Source: an uncultured archaeon
Lineage (GTDB): Archaea; Asgardarchaeota; Lokiarchaeia; Sigyniarchaeales; SOKP01
NCBI GenBank assembly: GCA_964583985.1
Contig: CAZOYD010000033.1
Location: 1-36,777 of the forward strand
Length of the DNA: 36,777 nt
Direction of reading: 5' to 3'
The first letter of the stretch is position 1, and each line of letters starts with the position of its first letter. Under the pieces are notes generated by a model. It saw only the letters and a list, made by a program, of their open reading frames with translations, was not told the origin of the DNA and did not search any database. The position numbers and the translations under genes are program-made. Shown here piece by piece: positions 28,226 through 36,777 of the stretch.

Positions 28226-28285
28226 TTCCAATATGATTTTTGTTTCCTTGGCTGCGGATTGTAATCTTTTTATTAAGGAAAATCC
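28208..28285 (+). promoter_or_regulatory. GC-rich hairpin with alternative pairing partner and U-tract (attenuator-like or ncRNA)
   Basis: AATCCGCCAAGGGAA (28208-28222) pairs with TTTCCTTGGCTGCGGATT (28243-28260); the latter can instead pair with AAGGAAA/AATCC (28275-28285); T5 at 28267-28271. Confidence 0.55.
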
Positions 28286-28425
28286 AAATTATCTTAGATT
28301 AATCATAAAATATATTCTCTAATTCGAGATAGACGTATTTCAAGCAAATTTGTCCACAAAAGATTTAAATAGGTTAAAAATTTAAATTTATATACTAAAT
28401 AGTATTAAATTTTGGATAGAGAAAT

Positions 28426-29967
28426 ATGAAGATTATACTTCGGAAACAAGTTATCGATATTTTCAAAATTTTACGAGATAGAAAAGGCACGATCATTGCA
28501 GCAGATTTAGCTAATGACTTGAATGTAGATTATGTTGTCTTAATGTCTGCGATTAATGATTTAATCTCATATAAGTTAGCAGGTTTCAAGGAAGAAGAAA
28601 TCAATCATATATCACTAAATAAAGAGGGAATGAAATATCTAAAAACAGGACTGCCTGAACGTCAATTGCTTGAAATATTGATTCAGCAAGATATAAAAGA
28701 AATCCCATTAGATGAATTTATTAAGTTATCAAAAATGGAGAGATCTTTATTCTACATAGGACTTTCAAATTTAAAACAAAATAAATGGATTGCTCAAAGT
28801 AAAGCAAGTGGAGAGAGTAAAATCTTTTTAACTGCCGAAGAATTTCCAAAAACTGAAATTGAACAATTTCTAACTATCTTCAATAAAAAAAAAGTGTTAA
28901 ATTATTCAGAATTATCTCCAGATGATTTAGCTAATATAGATATTTTAAATAAGCGTAAATTGATACATAAAACACAAAAAACTCAAAGAATCCTATATAT
29001 TACAGAGAAAGGCAAGAAGCTTGATCTTGATGAAATAGAAGAATTACAGCAAGTGAGCAAGATAACTTCAGAGATGTTAAGTACGGGATCTTGGAAAGAC
29101 ATCGAATTGAAACCATTTGATGTTACTAAACCAGGACCATTATTAAAAGCAGGAAAAATACATCCAATAATTAATTTAATTAATGAAATTCGTGAAGTAT
29201 TTCTTTCAATGGGTTTCACCGAAATACGAGGTCCGATCGTGGAAAGTGCTTTTTTCAATTTTGATGCGTTATATCAACCACAAGACCATCCAGCTCGAGA
29301 ATTACACGATACTTTTTATCTTAACAATCCAAAGATAACTAAATTACCAGATAAGGAACTAGTATTAGCAGTCAAAGATACTCACGAGAAAGGAGGAGAT
29401 AGTGGTTCAATAGGATGGAGATACGAATGGGATGAAGATATTGCCAAAAAAGCTCTCTTGAGGACTCACACCACCGCCACAACCGTCCGGAAGTTAGCAC
29501 AATATTATCTCGAAACTGATAAAAAACCAATTAAAGTATTTTCTGTCGATCGGGTCTTTCGAAATGAAAAAGTAGATAAATCGCATTTAGCAGAATTTAC
29601 TCAAATTGAAGGAATTGTCATAGATGATAATGTAAACTTATGCGACTTAATTGGTTTGCTTTCAGAATTTTATCGAAAATTAGGATTTAAAAAGATCATC
29701 ACGCGACCAGGATTCTTTCCATATACAGAACCAAGCATGGAAGTCTCGGTGTATTACGATAAATTAGGCGAATGGTTGGAAATGGGAGGATCGGGAATAT
29801 TTAGACCTGAAGTCACATATCCTTTCGGGGTTAAAGAACCAACAAGGGTTTTAGCATGGGGTCAAGGTCTAGAACGGATCGCAATGTTATATTATGATCG
29901 AAAAGATATTAGAGATTTTTATATAAATCCAATTAAATGGTTAAGACAACAATCTTATCATAAATGA
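28426..29967 (+). CDS. pheS: phenylalanyl-tRNA synthetase alpha subunit (archaeal/eukaryote type)
   Basis: N-terminal GLPE winged-helix region, NFDAL.QPQDHPARE..DTF, LRTHTT, VFRNE.VD..HLAEF.Q, FPYTEPS, GIFRPE, WG.GLER. Confidence 0.97.
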   Translation: MKIILRKQVIDIFKILRDRKGTIIAADLANDLNVDYVVLMSAINDLISYKLAGFKEEEINHISLNKEGMKYLKTGLPERQLLEILIQQDIKEIPLDEFIKLSKMERSLFYIGLSNLKQNKWIAQSKASGESKIFLTAEEFPKTEIEQFLTIFNKKKVLNYSELSPDDLANIDILNKRKLIHKTQKTQRILYITEKGKKLDLDEIEELQQVSKITSEMLSTGSWKDIELKPFDVTKPGPLLKAGKIHPIINLINEIREVFLSMGFTEIRGPIVESAFFNFDALYQPQDHPARELHDTFYLNNPKITKLPDKELVLAVKDTHEKGGDSGSIGWRYEWDEDIAKKALLRTHTTATTVRKLAQYYLETDKKPIKVFSVDRVFRNEKVDKSHLAEFTQIEGIVIDDNVNLCDLIGLLSEFYRKLGFKKIITRPGFFPYTEPSMEVSVYYDKLGEWLEMGGSGIFRPEVTYPFGVKEPTRVLAWGQGLERIAMLYYDRKDIRDFYINPIKWLRQQSYHK

Positions 29968-29977
29968 GGGAAATAAA

Positions 29978-31654
29978 ATGCCAACAATTGAATTGCATAT
30001 TGATAGATTAGAGCGGTTAGTAGGTAAAAAATTAAACATAAAGGAATTACAGTATGATTTGCAGTGGATAAGTCTAGATTTAGAAGATATTAACGAAGAA
30101 GAGCGGACCATTAAGGTGGAATATAATCCAAATAGACCAGATTTTTCCAGCCCTGAAGGAATCGCTAGAGCTCTAAGAGGGTACTACGAGATTGAATTAG
30201 GAATTCCCACATTTAAGCTTACTCCTGGAAGTATTATCTTGAAGGTTGATCCGAGCGTTAAAGAAGTAAGACCATATATTGTATGTGGTGTTGTTCGAAA
30301 TATTGATTTGGATGAAGATGAAGTCGCCACGCTCATGACCATTCAAGAACATCTTCATTGGGCAGTAGGGAGAGATCGAAAGAAAGTTGCGATAGGAGTT
30401 CATGATTTGGACAAAGTTATCCCGCCTTATAGATATACTGCTGTAAAACCCGATTCTGTAAGTTTTTCTCCTTTACATGGAGATGGATATCCGATGAATC
30501 TCGAAGAGATTTTGCTTCTTCATGAAAAAGGAATAGAATATGCTAAGATCTTGGAAGGGAAAAAACTCTACCCAATTATATTCGATAATAACGATGAGGT
30601 GTTATCTTTTCCACCAATTATCAATGGAGAATTAACAACTGTCACCGAAGCAACCAAGAATTTATTCTTAGATCTTACTGGAACTGATTTTCAAGCTGTT
30701 AATTTGGCATTAAATATATTAGCAACAACATTAGCAGATATGGGAGCAGAAATTGAAACTGTAACAGTTCAATATGAAGGAGGAAAAGATGTAATCACAC
30801 CTAACTTTACTCCGAAAAAATGGGAAGTGAAAATAGATTATATCAATAGTGTTTGCGGTTTAAAATTATCCGATGAAGACATGATTAAATGCTTTCAAAA
30901 AGTCAGGCTAAACGCAAATAAATCAAAACGAAAAGGTTATTTAGAGATATGGGTACCTTCTTATCGAGGAGATATCATGCACCCCATTGATTTTACTGAG
31001 GAATGTGCAATAGGTTATGGATACATAAATTTACCACTAACAATACATGATGGAGGGATGGGAGAATATCATCCTTTGCAGGATTTTTCAAACCGAATTC
31101 GTAAGATAATGATAGGTGCTGGATATTTAGAAGTAGTAAATTTCATTTTATCAAACTCAGAAAAACAATACAATTACATGAATCAAGAGAAGATAGAGGA
31201 AAACTTGGTACAGATACTCAATCCTGTTTCACAGGAATTTGATACGACACGAACAACTCTTTTACCTAATATCATGGACACTCTACGCTTGAATCGTTCC
31301 GAAGAAAAACCTATTAGAATTTTTGAAGTAGGTGATGTCATCGAATTAGCACCTGAAGAAGAAACTGGAGCAAGAAGAGAAGTTCATCTTACAGGAGTAT
31401 CATACCATAAGGATGCAGATTTTACAGAAGTAAGATCCGTAGTTGATTATATTATCACAACACTCAATCTTCAAGAGAATTATGACGTTAAACCGAGTTC
31501 TAATCCTACTTATATAAATGGGCGATATGGAGAAATTTATATCAATGGTAAGAAGATTGGTGAGATTGGAGAAATACATCCAAAAGTTCTTTTAAATTTC
31601 AAATTAGAATTTCCGGCTTCTGCATTTGAAATAAATTTAGAAAAAATTTTATAA
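29978..31654 (+). CDS. pheT: phenylalanyl-tRNA synthetase beta subunit (archaeal type)
   Basis: [23 protein letters not shown]...[33 protein letters not shown]. Confidence 0.96.
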   Translation: MPTIELHIDRLERLVGKKLNIKELQYDLQWISLDLEDINEEERTIKVEYNPNRPDFSSPEGIARALRGYYEIELGIPTFKLTPGSIILKVDPSVKEVRPYIVCGVVRNIDLDEDEVATLMTIQEHLHWAVGRDRKKVAIGVHDLDKVIPPYRYTAVKPDSVSFSPLHGDGYPMNLEEILLLHEKGIEYAKILEGKKLYPIIFDNNDEVLSFPPIINGELTTVTEATKNLFLDLTGTDFQAVNLALNILATTLADMGAEIETVTVQYEGGKDVITPNFTPKKWEVKIDYINSVCGLKLSDEDMIKCFQKVRLNANKSKRKGYLEIWVPSYRGDIMHPIDFTEECAIGYGYINLPLTIHDGGMGEYHPLQDFSNRIRKIMIGAGYLEVVNFILSNSEKQYNYMNQEKIEENLVQILNPVSQEFDTTRTTLLPNIMDTLRLNRSEEKPIRIFEVGDVIELAPEEETGARREVHLTGVSYHKDADFTEVRSVVDYIITTLNLQENYDVKPSSNPTYINGRYGEIYINGKKIGEIGEIHPKVLLNFKLEFPASAFEINLEKIL

Positions 31655-31686
31655 TTTTATAAATTATTTTATTCGAGTTAATTATA

Positions 31687-32778
31687 TTGAATCAAGATGG
31701 AAAAGATTTAGAAAATCTCAGAAAAGAGATTGATGAAATTGATGACCAAATAATAGATCTTCTAAATAAAAGGGGATTGGTCGCAATTAAAGTTGGAAAT
31801 CTCAAGAAAGCGTTAAACATTGATGTTTCTCAGCCATATCGTGAAAAAGAGATCATCGATAGGATTAAAAAAAAGAAAACCATGTTTAAAGAATCGAGTA
31901 TTGAAGCTATATGGAAAGAATTAATTAGCGCTAGTAAAGTTATACAAGGGACCATTTCAAAAATAGGGTATCTCGGTCCAATAGGCACATTTACACATCA
32001 AGCTGCATTAGAATATTTCCCTAAAGCAGGTTCTGAGTTCATTCCTGTCAAAGATTTAATCGAGATATTCGATAATATTGAAAAAGGGATTTTTGAATAT
32101 GGGGTCGTTCCCATTGAGAATACACTTCAAGGAACGGTACGGGAAACTCTCGATTTATTAATTGATAGAAATCTATTTATATTTGGTGAAATTGAATTAC
32201 GAATTGTCCAAAATTTAATTTCATTAGAAGGAGCTACAATGAATAGCATACAAAATATATTTTCTCACCCCCAAGCTTTTTCTCAAACTCGTTCTTGGAT
32301 TAAAGCAAATTTACCCAATGCAAAACTGATAGATGTCAGTTCTACAGCAGAAGCTATACGAAGGGTGAGGAAACTAAATGATCCCACCTATGCTGCAATT
32401 GGAACGGAATTTGCCAGTAGCATTTATGGGTTAGTTGTTGCTAATCCCATGATTGAAGATGAAACTGCCAACTTTACCCGATTTTTGATAATTTCAAAAA
32501 AGGAAAACCCTATAAAAGAAGGAAAGATAAAAACTTCTATTGTATTTGTAACCAAGCATGAACCAGGTGCATTATACTGGGTTTTAAAGGTTTTTTCAGA
32601 TGCACATATTAATCTATCTAAAATAGAATCAAGACCCTTTAAGAAAGTTCGGTGGGAATACATATTTTTCGTAGATTTTGAGGGTAATAAAGAGGACGGA
32701 AATGTCAAAGAAGCACTTCAATTAATTGAAACGAAAGTTCTTTGGCAAAAAATCCTTGGATCATATCCAGCAAATTAA
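31687..32778 (+). CDS. pheA: bifunctional chorismate mutase/prephenate dehydratase (P-protein)
   Basis: AroQ 'LR.EID.ID..I..LL.KR', YLGP.GTF, VPIEN, SHPQA..Q, N.TRF, ACT 'INLSKIESRP'; TTG start. Confidence 0.94.
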   Translation: MNQDGKDLENLRKEIDEIDDQIIDLLNKRGLVAIKVGNLKKALNIDVSQPYREKEIIDRIKKKKTMFKESSIEAIWKELISASKVIQGTISKIGYLGPIGTFTHQAALEYFPKAGSEFIPVKDLIEIFDNIEKGIFEYGVVPIENTLQGTVRETLDLLIDRNLFIFGEIELRIVQNLISLEGATMNSIQNIFSHPQAFSQTRSWIKANLPNAKLIDVSSTAEAIRRVRKLNDPTYAAIGTEFASSIYGLVVANPMIEDETANFTRFLIISKKENPIKEGKIKTSIVFVTKHEPGALYWVLKVFSDAHINLSKIESRPFKKVRWEYIFFVDFEGNKEDGNVKEALQLIETKVLWQKILGSYPAN

Positions 32779-32910
32779 TCCTACTAATTGAGGGGTTTAA
32801 ATCAATTTTCTTATTCTAAAACTATTTTAATAATACAACTTTCAATTAATTGAGTGTAATATCGTATTAAACTCACTGATAATTATCATATAAAGATTGG
32901 TAAGTTAAAC

Positions 32911-33636
32911 ATGTTTGGAGACAGAAGGCTTGATGGAAGAAAATTTGATGAACTTAGAAAAACCACAATTGAAAGGAATTATCTCAAATATCCTGAAGGT
33001 TCAGTATTAATAACTCAAGGTGGAACCAAGGTCATAGTTACTGCTTCTGTAATGGATTCAGTACCTCGATTTTTGGAAAATACTGGTACGGGATGGATAA
33101 CTGCAGAGTATAACATGATTCCTAGAGCAACACAAATGAGAAATAATAGAGAAAGAGAGAGAGGAATTAAGGGGAGAACTCAAGAAATTCAAAGACTCAT
33201 TGGAAGAAGCATGAGAGCTGCTTTTAATTACGAAAAAATCGGTGAACGAACAATAAAAATCGATTGTGATGTCATCCAAGCAGATGGAGGAACAAGGTGT
33301 GCATCTATAACAGGCGCATTCGTTGCTGTATTTGATGCAATTAACTATCTCTATAACGAACAACGGATTTATGCATTTCCGGACTATAAAGTAACTGCCG
33401 CAGTATCCTTGGGCATCAAGAATGGCAAAGTTATTTTAGACTTAAATTATGAAGAGGATTCAAAGGTAGATGTCGATTTCAACATCATACAAAATGAAGA
33501 TCAAGAACTTATTGAGATTCAAGGTACCGCTGAAGGTGCACCGTTCAATAAAGAGAATCTTAATGATATTTTAGATTTAGGAGAAAGAGGAATATTTGAA
33601 TTAATTAAACTTCAAAAGCAAGTTTTAAATTTATAA
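32911..33636 (+). CDS. rph: ribonuclease PH, bacterial type
   Basis: GWITAEY.M.PRAT..R..RE, GRTQEIQRLIGRS.RA, DCDVIQADGGTR.ASITGA, EIQGTAEG.PF. Confidence 0.93.
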   Translation: MFGDRRLDGRKFDELRKTTIERNYLKYPEGSVLITQGGTKVIVTASVMDSVPRFLENTGTGWITAEYNMIPRATQMRNNRERERGIKGRTQEIQRLIGRSMRAAFNYEKIGERTIKIDCDVIQADGGTRCASITGAFVAVFDAINYLYNEQRIYAFPDYKVTAAVSLGIKNGKVILDLNYEEDSKVDVDFNIIQNEDQELIEIQGTAEGAPFNKENLNDILDLGERGIFELIKLQKQVLNL

Positions 33637-33643
33637 TAATTTA

Positions 33644-33667
33644 GACATTCAGATTTTTGAGAGTGTC
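33644..33667. terminator. possible hairpin between convergent rph and gmd-like genes
   Basis: GACATTC-10 nt-GAGTGTC (7-bp stem, one G-U) 8 nt after the rph stop, followed by T-rich tracts. Confidence 0.35.
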
Positions 33668-33733
33668 AACTATTCTTGATTTTTTGTCTTTTTCTGAAGC
33701 TTTTTGAAGATGATGGTCTCTAATTATTCTAAA

Positions 33734-34885
33734 TTAATGGGCTTCAATTCCTAACTGTTCTGGGTGAACTCTAAAATATTCTACGCCTTCTTTTATTATA
33801 TCAGCTATAGATCGAGTAGGCACCCAACCAGTTTCTTCAAAAATTTTGGTATTTTTACCAATTAACAAGGGAACCTCACTTGGTCGTATTCTAGTTGGAT
33901 CAACATACACATCTACCGAGATGTTAAATAATTTTGTAGCTATTTTGATATAGTTAGCAATTGTTATTCCTTTACTTGAACATACATTGAGAGGTTCACC
34001 GTATTTCTTTTTTTCACTTGCTAAAATGTAAGCATTAACAGTATCCTTCACGTGGGTATAATCACGAATTGCATTTGGGTTACCTATCACAATGTGATCT
34101 CTCTTACCATTTAAAATTTCAACTATTTGACGATGAACAACACTGGTTACGAATTGGATTCCTCGACGAGGACCTTCATGGTTAAAGCCACGCGTTATGA
34201 TGCTGGGTACCCCGTACGAATCATGATACAACCACGCAAGTTGTTCAGTTGCGCATTTAGTAATGCCATAAACACTTCTCGGTCTAAAAGGGTTCTTCTT
34301 AATATCTTCAGTGACAGGAACTTCATTGGGATCTACTAATCCATACTGCTCACTGCTACATGCAACTTGAACGCTTTCTAAGTTAGCGTCAAATCTACGA
34401 GCGGCTTCAAAAATTTTAATCGTACCTATTATATTGTTATGTGAAACGCGAGCTGGTTCTCTAAAGGAAGTGGGAACAAATGACTCAGCAGCTAAATGAA
34501 ATACATTATGAGGTTCAATTTCTTCAAATATGCCTAGTATTCTTTCTGCACTCGTAATGTCTGCTTCATGTAAGTGAATTTTACCCCTCAAATGCTCGAT
34601 ATTTTCATGCATTGGCACAGCATGACGACGAATTGTACCGTGAACTTCGCAATCTAAATCCAATAATTGTTCTGCTAAATGACTTCCAGCAAAACCACTA
34701 ATACCAGTTATTAGTACTCTTTTATCTTTCCAGTATACCTTATCGGGCATTGCAGAAACTCTATTTTTGAAATTTTCGAGATATGCCTCAAAATTGTCTG
34801 GAGTTATAATATACCCTTGATTTTCAAGTTCTTTAACTCTAGAACTTTCTTCCAATACTTCATTAATGGGGATTAATTGAGTCAT
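33734..34885 (-). CDS. GDP-mannose 4,6-dehydratase family extended SDR
   Basis: ITGISGFAGSHL, HLAA.SFV..S, SSE.YG, YGITK, FNHEGPRRG..FVT, RP.EV; about 50-aa N-terminal extension. Confidence 0.85.
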   Translation of the reverse strand: MTQLIPINEVLEESSRVKELENQGYIITPDNFEAYLENFKNRVSAMPDKVYWKDKRVLITGISGFAGSHLAEQLLDLDCEVHGTIRRHAVPMHENIEHLRGKIHLHEADITSAERILGIFEEIEPHNVFHLAAESFVPTSFREPARVSHNNIIGTIKIFEAARRFDANLESVQVACSSEQYGLVDPNEVPVTEDIKKNPFRPRSVYGITKCATEQLAWLYHDSYGVPSIITRGFNHEGPRRGIQFVTSVVHRQIVEILNGKRDHIVIGNPNAIRDYTHVKDTVNAYILASEKKKYGEPLNVCSSKGITIANYIKIATKLFNISVDVYVDPTRIRPSEVPLLIGKNTKIFEETGWVPTRSIADIIKEGVEYFRVHPEQLGIEAH

Positions 34886-34959
34886 GATATTATCTATAAA
34901 TATTTAAAGATAAGTTTTTAATTTTATTATTTACAAATTTCTGAGTAAAATTCATTATT

Positions 34960-36198
34960 TTATTCATCAAACGGTATTTCTAAAAATTTTAAAATTCTTT
35001 GAGCGGACTTTCCATCAAGATATTTATTAAATCTATCTCTAATTATTGCTCGCTTTTCTAGGAACTTTTTATCAATACTATCAATATTTTTTATAGCTTC
35101 GATTATTTCACTCCCGTTGAAGAGTAATGGTCCAGGGGCAATGTCTTCTAAATTGTAGTACATGCCTCTTTCTTTTTTATAATCATCAAGATCATAAGGA
35201 AATAACAGAATTGGTCTATCAAATAGAGAGAAATCAAACATCGTAGAAGAGTAGTCGGTAATAAGAATGTCTGTTATGAAATAAAGCTCTTGAATATCAG
35301 AGCTTTTAGGAGCTATTTTAATGTTCTTATATTGCTCAAAATCTATGTTTTGGACAAAATAATGTCCTTTCATCAAAAAGAGCGAATTAGTTTCTTGGAG
35401 TAAGTTTTCTAGATTATTTAATTCTTTTTCTGAAATTGGAAATCTTAGAGAATGATCATCACGATACGTTGGACAATACAATATGATTCGTTCAATTTTT
35501 TCAGGAATATCATATTTTTTTCTTATATTTTCTAGTGAAATTGCATCCTTATTCGCTAATATATCAAGTTTTGGGTAACCCAAATCAAGAACCTTTTCTT
35601 TTGGTATGCTGAAAGAGGAACTCAAAATTTGGTGCTCGAACTCATCTCTAGTTGGGGTTAAAAGGTAGTCAACGTAATCATCGTATCTTATATCCAATTT
35701 GAAAAACGAAGCCCATTTACTATAAATTAGGGATTGCTTCAAATCCACGTTAATTTTTTTTATTGGTGTTCCATGCCAAGTTAAAATGATTTTAGTTTCT
35801 GGAGAGAATTTAATAGGTGGGAAATCAAGATGACCATGGGTCAGAAAAACATATTTTGCTTTTCTTAAAAGCTTGATTGCCTGTAAACTATAATATGGAA
35901 CGACTTTATAATTTAATTTTTTTATCTCTGATATGATCTCTCTGTCTTTCGCTATCCAAAAGACCTTATTATTTGAATGCTTGTTAAGAAACTCGAATAA
36001 GTACTTAGTATTATCCGCATACAATCTCCCTGAATACATTCCGAAGATGATTAATTTCTCATCAATTTTCGCCTTGTATAATCTCGAAAAATTGTTGATA
36101 ACAAAAGGATAGATTATAGTTTTAATAAATTCATAGAGCTTTGTGTATCGAATAAAGTCAAATTTGTCAAGAAATACTGAAATTAAATCGTTAATTAT
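34960..36198 (-). CDS. CDP-glycerol glycerophosphotransferase (TagB/TagF family); true start probably upstream of ATG 36039
   Basis: G..YADN.KYL, TWHGTPIKK, GYPK.D, ILYCPTYR, K.H, DILITDYSS..FDF, DG.SA.RI. The frame stays open to about 36216; the start is uncertain. Confidence 0.85.
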   Translation of the reverse strand: MINDLISVFLDKFDFIRYTKLYEFIKTIIYPFVINNFSRLYKAKIDEKLIIFGMYSGRLYADNTKYLFEFLNKHSNNKVFWIAKDREIISEIKKLNYKVVPYYSLQAIKLLRKAKYVFLTHGHLDFPPIKFSPETKIILTWHGTPIKKINVDLKQSLIYSKWASFFKLDIRYDDYVDYLLTPTRDEFEHQILSSSFSIPKEKVLDLGYPKLDILANKDAISLENIRKKYDIPEKIERIILYCPTYRDDHSLRFPISEKELNNLENLLQETNSLFLMKGHYFVQNIDFEQYKNIKIAPKSSDIQELYFITDILITDYSSTMFDFSLFDRPILLFPYDLDDYKKERGMYYNLEDIAPGPLLFNGSEIIEAIKNIDSIDKKFLEKRAIIRDRFNKYLDGKSAQRILKFLEIPFDE

Positions 36199-36371
36199 GA
36201 AACACCAGCCATAGTTTTATGAACTCTTTTCTAATAGTTGCATTTATACGGCATCTGAAACAATATTACATAAGTTTAATTTATTATTAGTTTTTAATCT
36301 ATTTATCAAAATTTAAGAGAGATAATAATAAAAGAAATAGAATTGAGTTAAAAAGTAATTCGAAGTTTATT

Positions 36372-36640
36372 TCATTTTTCCCTTAGAACACTTTTATAGA
36401 ATTGAAATTCCCTTTCAGCAATAGAATCAAGAGAACAATTATTTAATATGAATACTCTTGCATTTTTACTAATTTTATCTCTTAATTTCTGATCATTATA
36501 TACTTCCAATATCGCATTTTTTATTGATTCCGGATTTGTATCACATAAGGATCCATTTATTCCATGCCTAATTATATCATTTATCCCCATTACATCTGTT
36601 CCAATGCAGGCAAGTTCACAACTCATAGCGCAACTAGTTT
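36372..36640 (-). pseudogene. C-terminal remnant of a GT4 (GT-B) glycosyltransferase
   Basis: AMSCELACIGTDV.GI.DII.HG.NG.L...I..AI......LR..I..NAR is GT4-like, but the upstream E-x7-E motif and N-terminal domain are not seen. Confidence 0.6.
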
Positions 36641-36777
36641 TGTTTGTAAACTCATAAATAGAATAATTTTCCATAATTTAAGGATTATTAAAAATTTCAC
36701 TCTGCAATCATATTTTTCAATAATTTTTAAGAAAATTTTAAATTCGAATTACTTTTTTTTCCATTAGATGAAAAAAA

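Noticed and set aside
28208-28260. Hairpin as SECIS element or T-box riboswitch
   Set aside because: No in-frame UGA selenoprotein nearby, no convincing AUGA/GA core, no T-box UGGNACC motif.
2575-32778. Functional link between the U32 protein (prephenate user) and pheA chorismate mutase
   Set aside because: About 28 kb apart with unrelated genes in between; no positional evidence.
33640-33733. Frame stays open about 30 codons after the gmd-like stop (possible read-through)
   Set aside because: The stop is TAA and the extension has no recognisable features; likely chance.
815-36767. Numerous short overlapping or antisense ORFs in the track (for example 12779-13144, 21656-22045, 25899-26222, 33058-33363, 36564-36767)
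   Set aside because: They lie within or overlap better-supported genes and show no recognisable motifs; treated as shadow ORFs.

Overview
AT-rich (roughly 30% GC by eye), gene-dense archaeal window, most consistent with an Asgard archaeon (Lokiarchaeia/Promethearchaeota). The assignment is inferred from gene content: archaeal/eukaryote-type TyrRS and PheRS, archaeal CoaD, DUF1512, tungsten AOR, a 23-repeat LRR protein, a Vps29-like protein, SCP2 proteins and a stand-alone 7TM protein. Contents in order: TetR regulator with two palindromic operators, dCMP deaminase, LarA-family racemase, U32 protein, histidine catabolism cluster (formiminotransferase, hutI, hutH, long-type hutU), YwbE, AOR, LRR protein, Fe-ADH, SCP2-like protein, Vps29-like phosphoesterase and tyrS, 7TM protein, ppdK, NagD-type HAD hydrolase, an unusual two-gene membrane operon (CBS plus 4TM; RGG/Tyr-rich-TM-beta-sandwich-TM-zinc ribbons), SCP2, DUF1512 and its divergent neighbour, coaD, pheS-pheT-pheA, bacterial-type RNase PH, and surface-glycan genes (GMD-like, TagB/F-like, GT4 remnant). 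No rRNA, tRNA, CRISPR array or transposase was recognised. Best novelty candidates: (1) an unannotated Phe-rich leader ORF overlapping mutually exclusive hairpins directly upstream of pheS-pheT-pheA, resembling a bacterial pheM/pheL attenuator in an archaeon; (2) the CBS-tetraspan and RGG/Tyr-rich zinc-ribbon membrane pair; (3) a bacterial RNase PH in an archaeal genome. All calls come from reading motifs by eye; no database searches were run.
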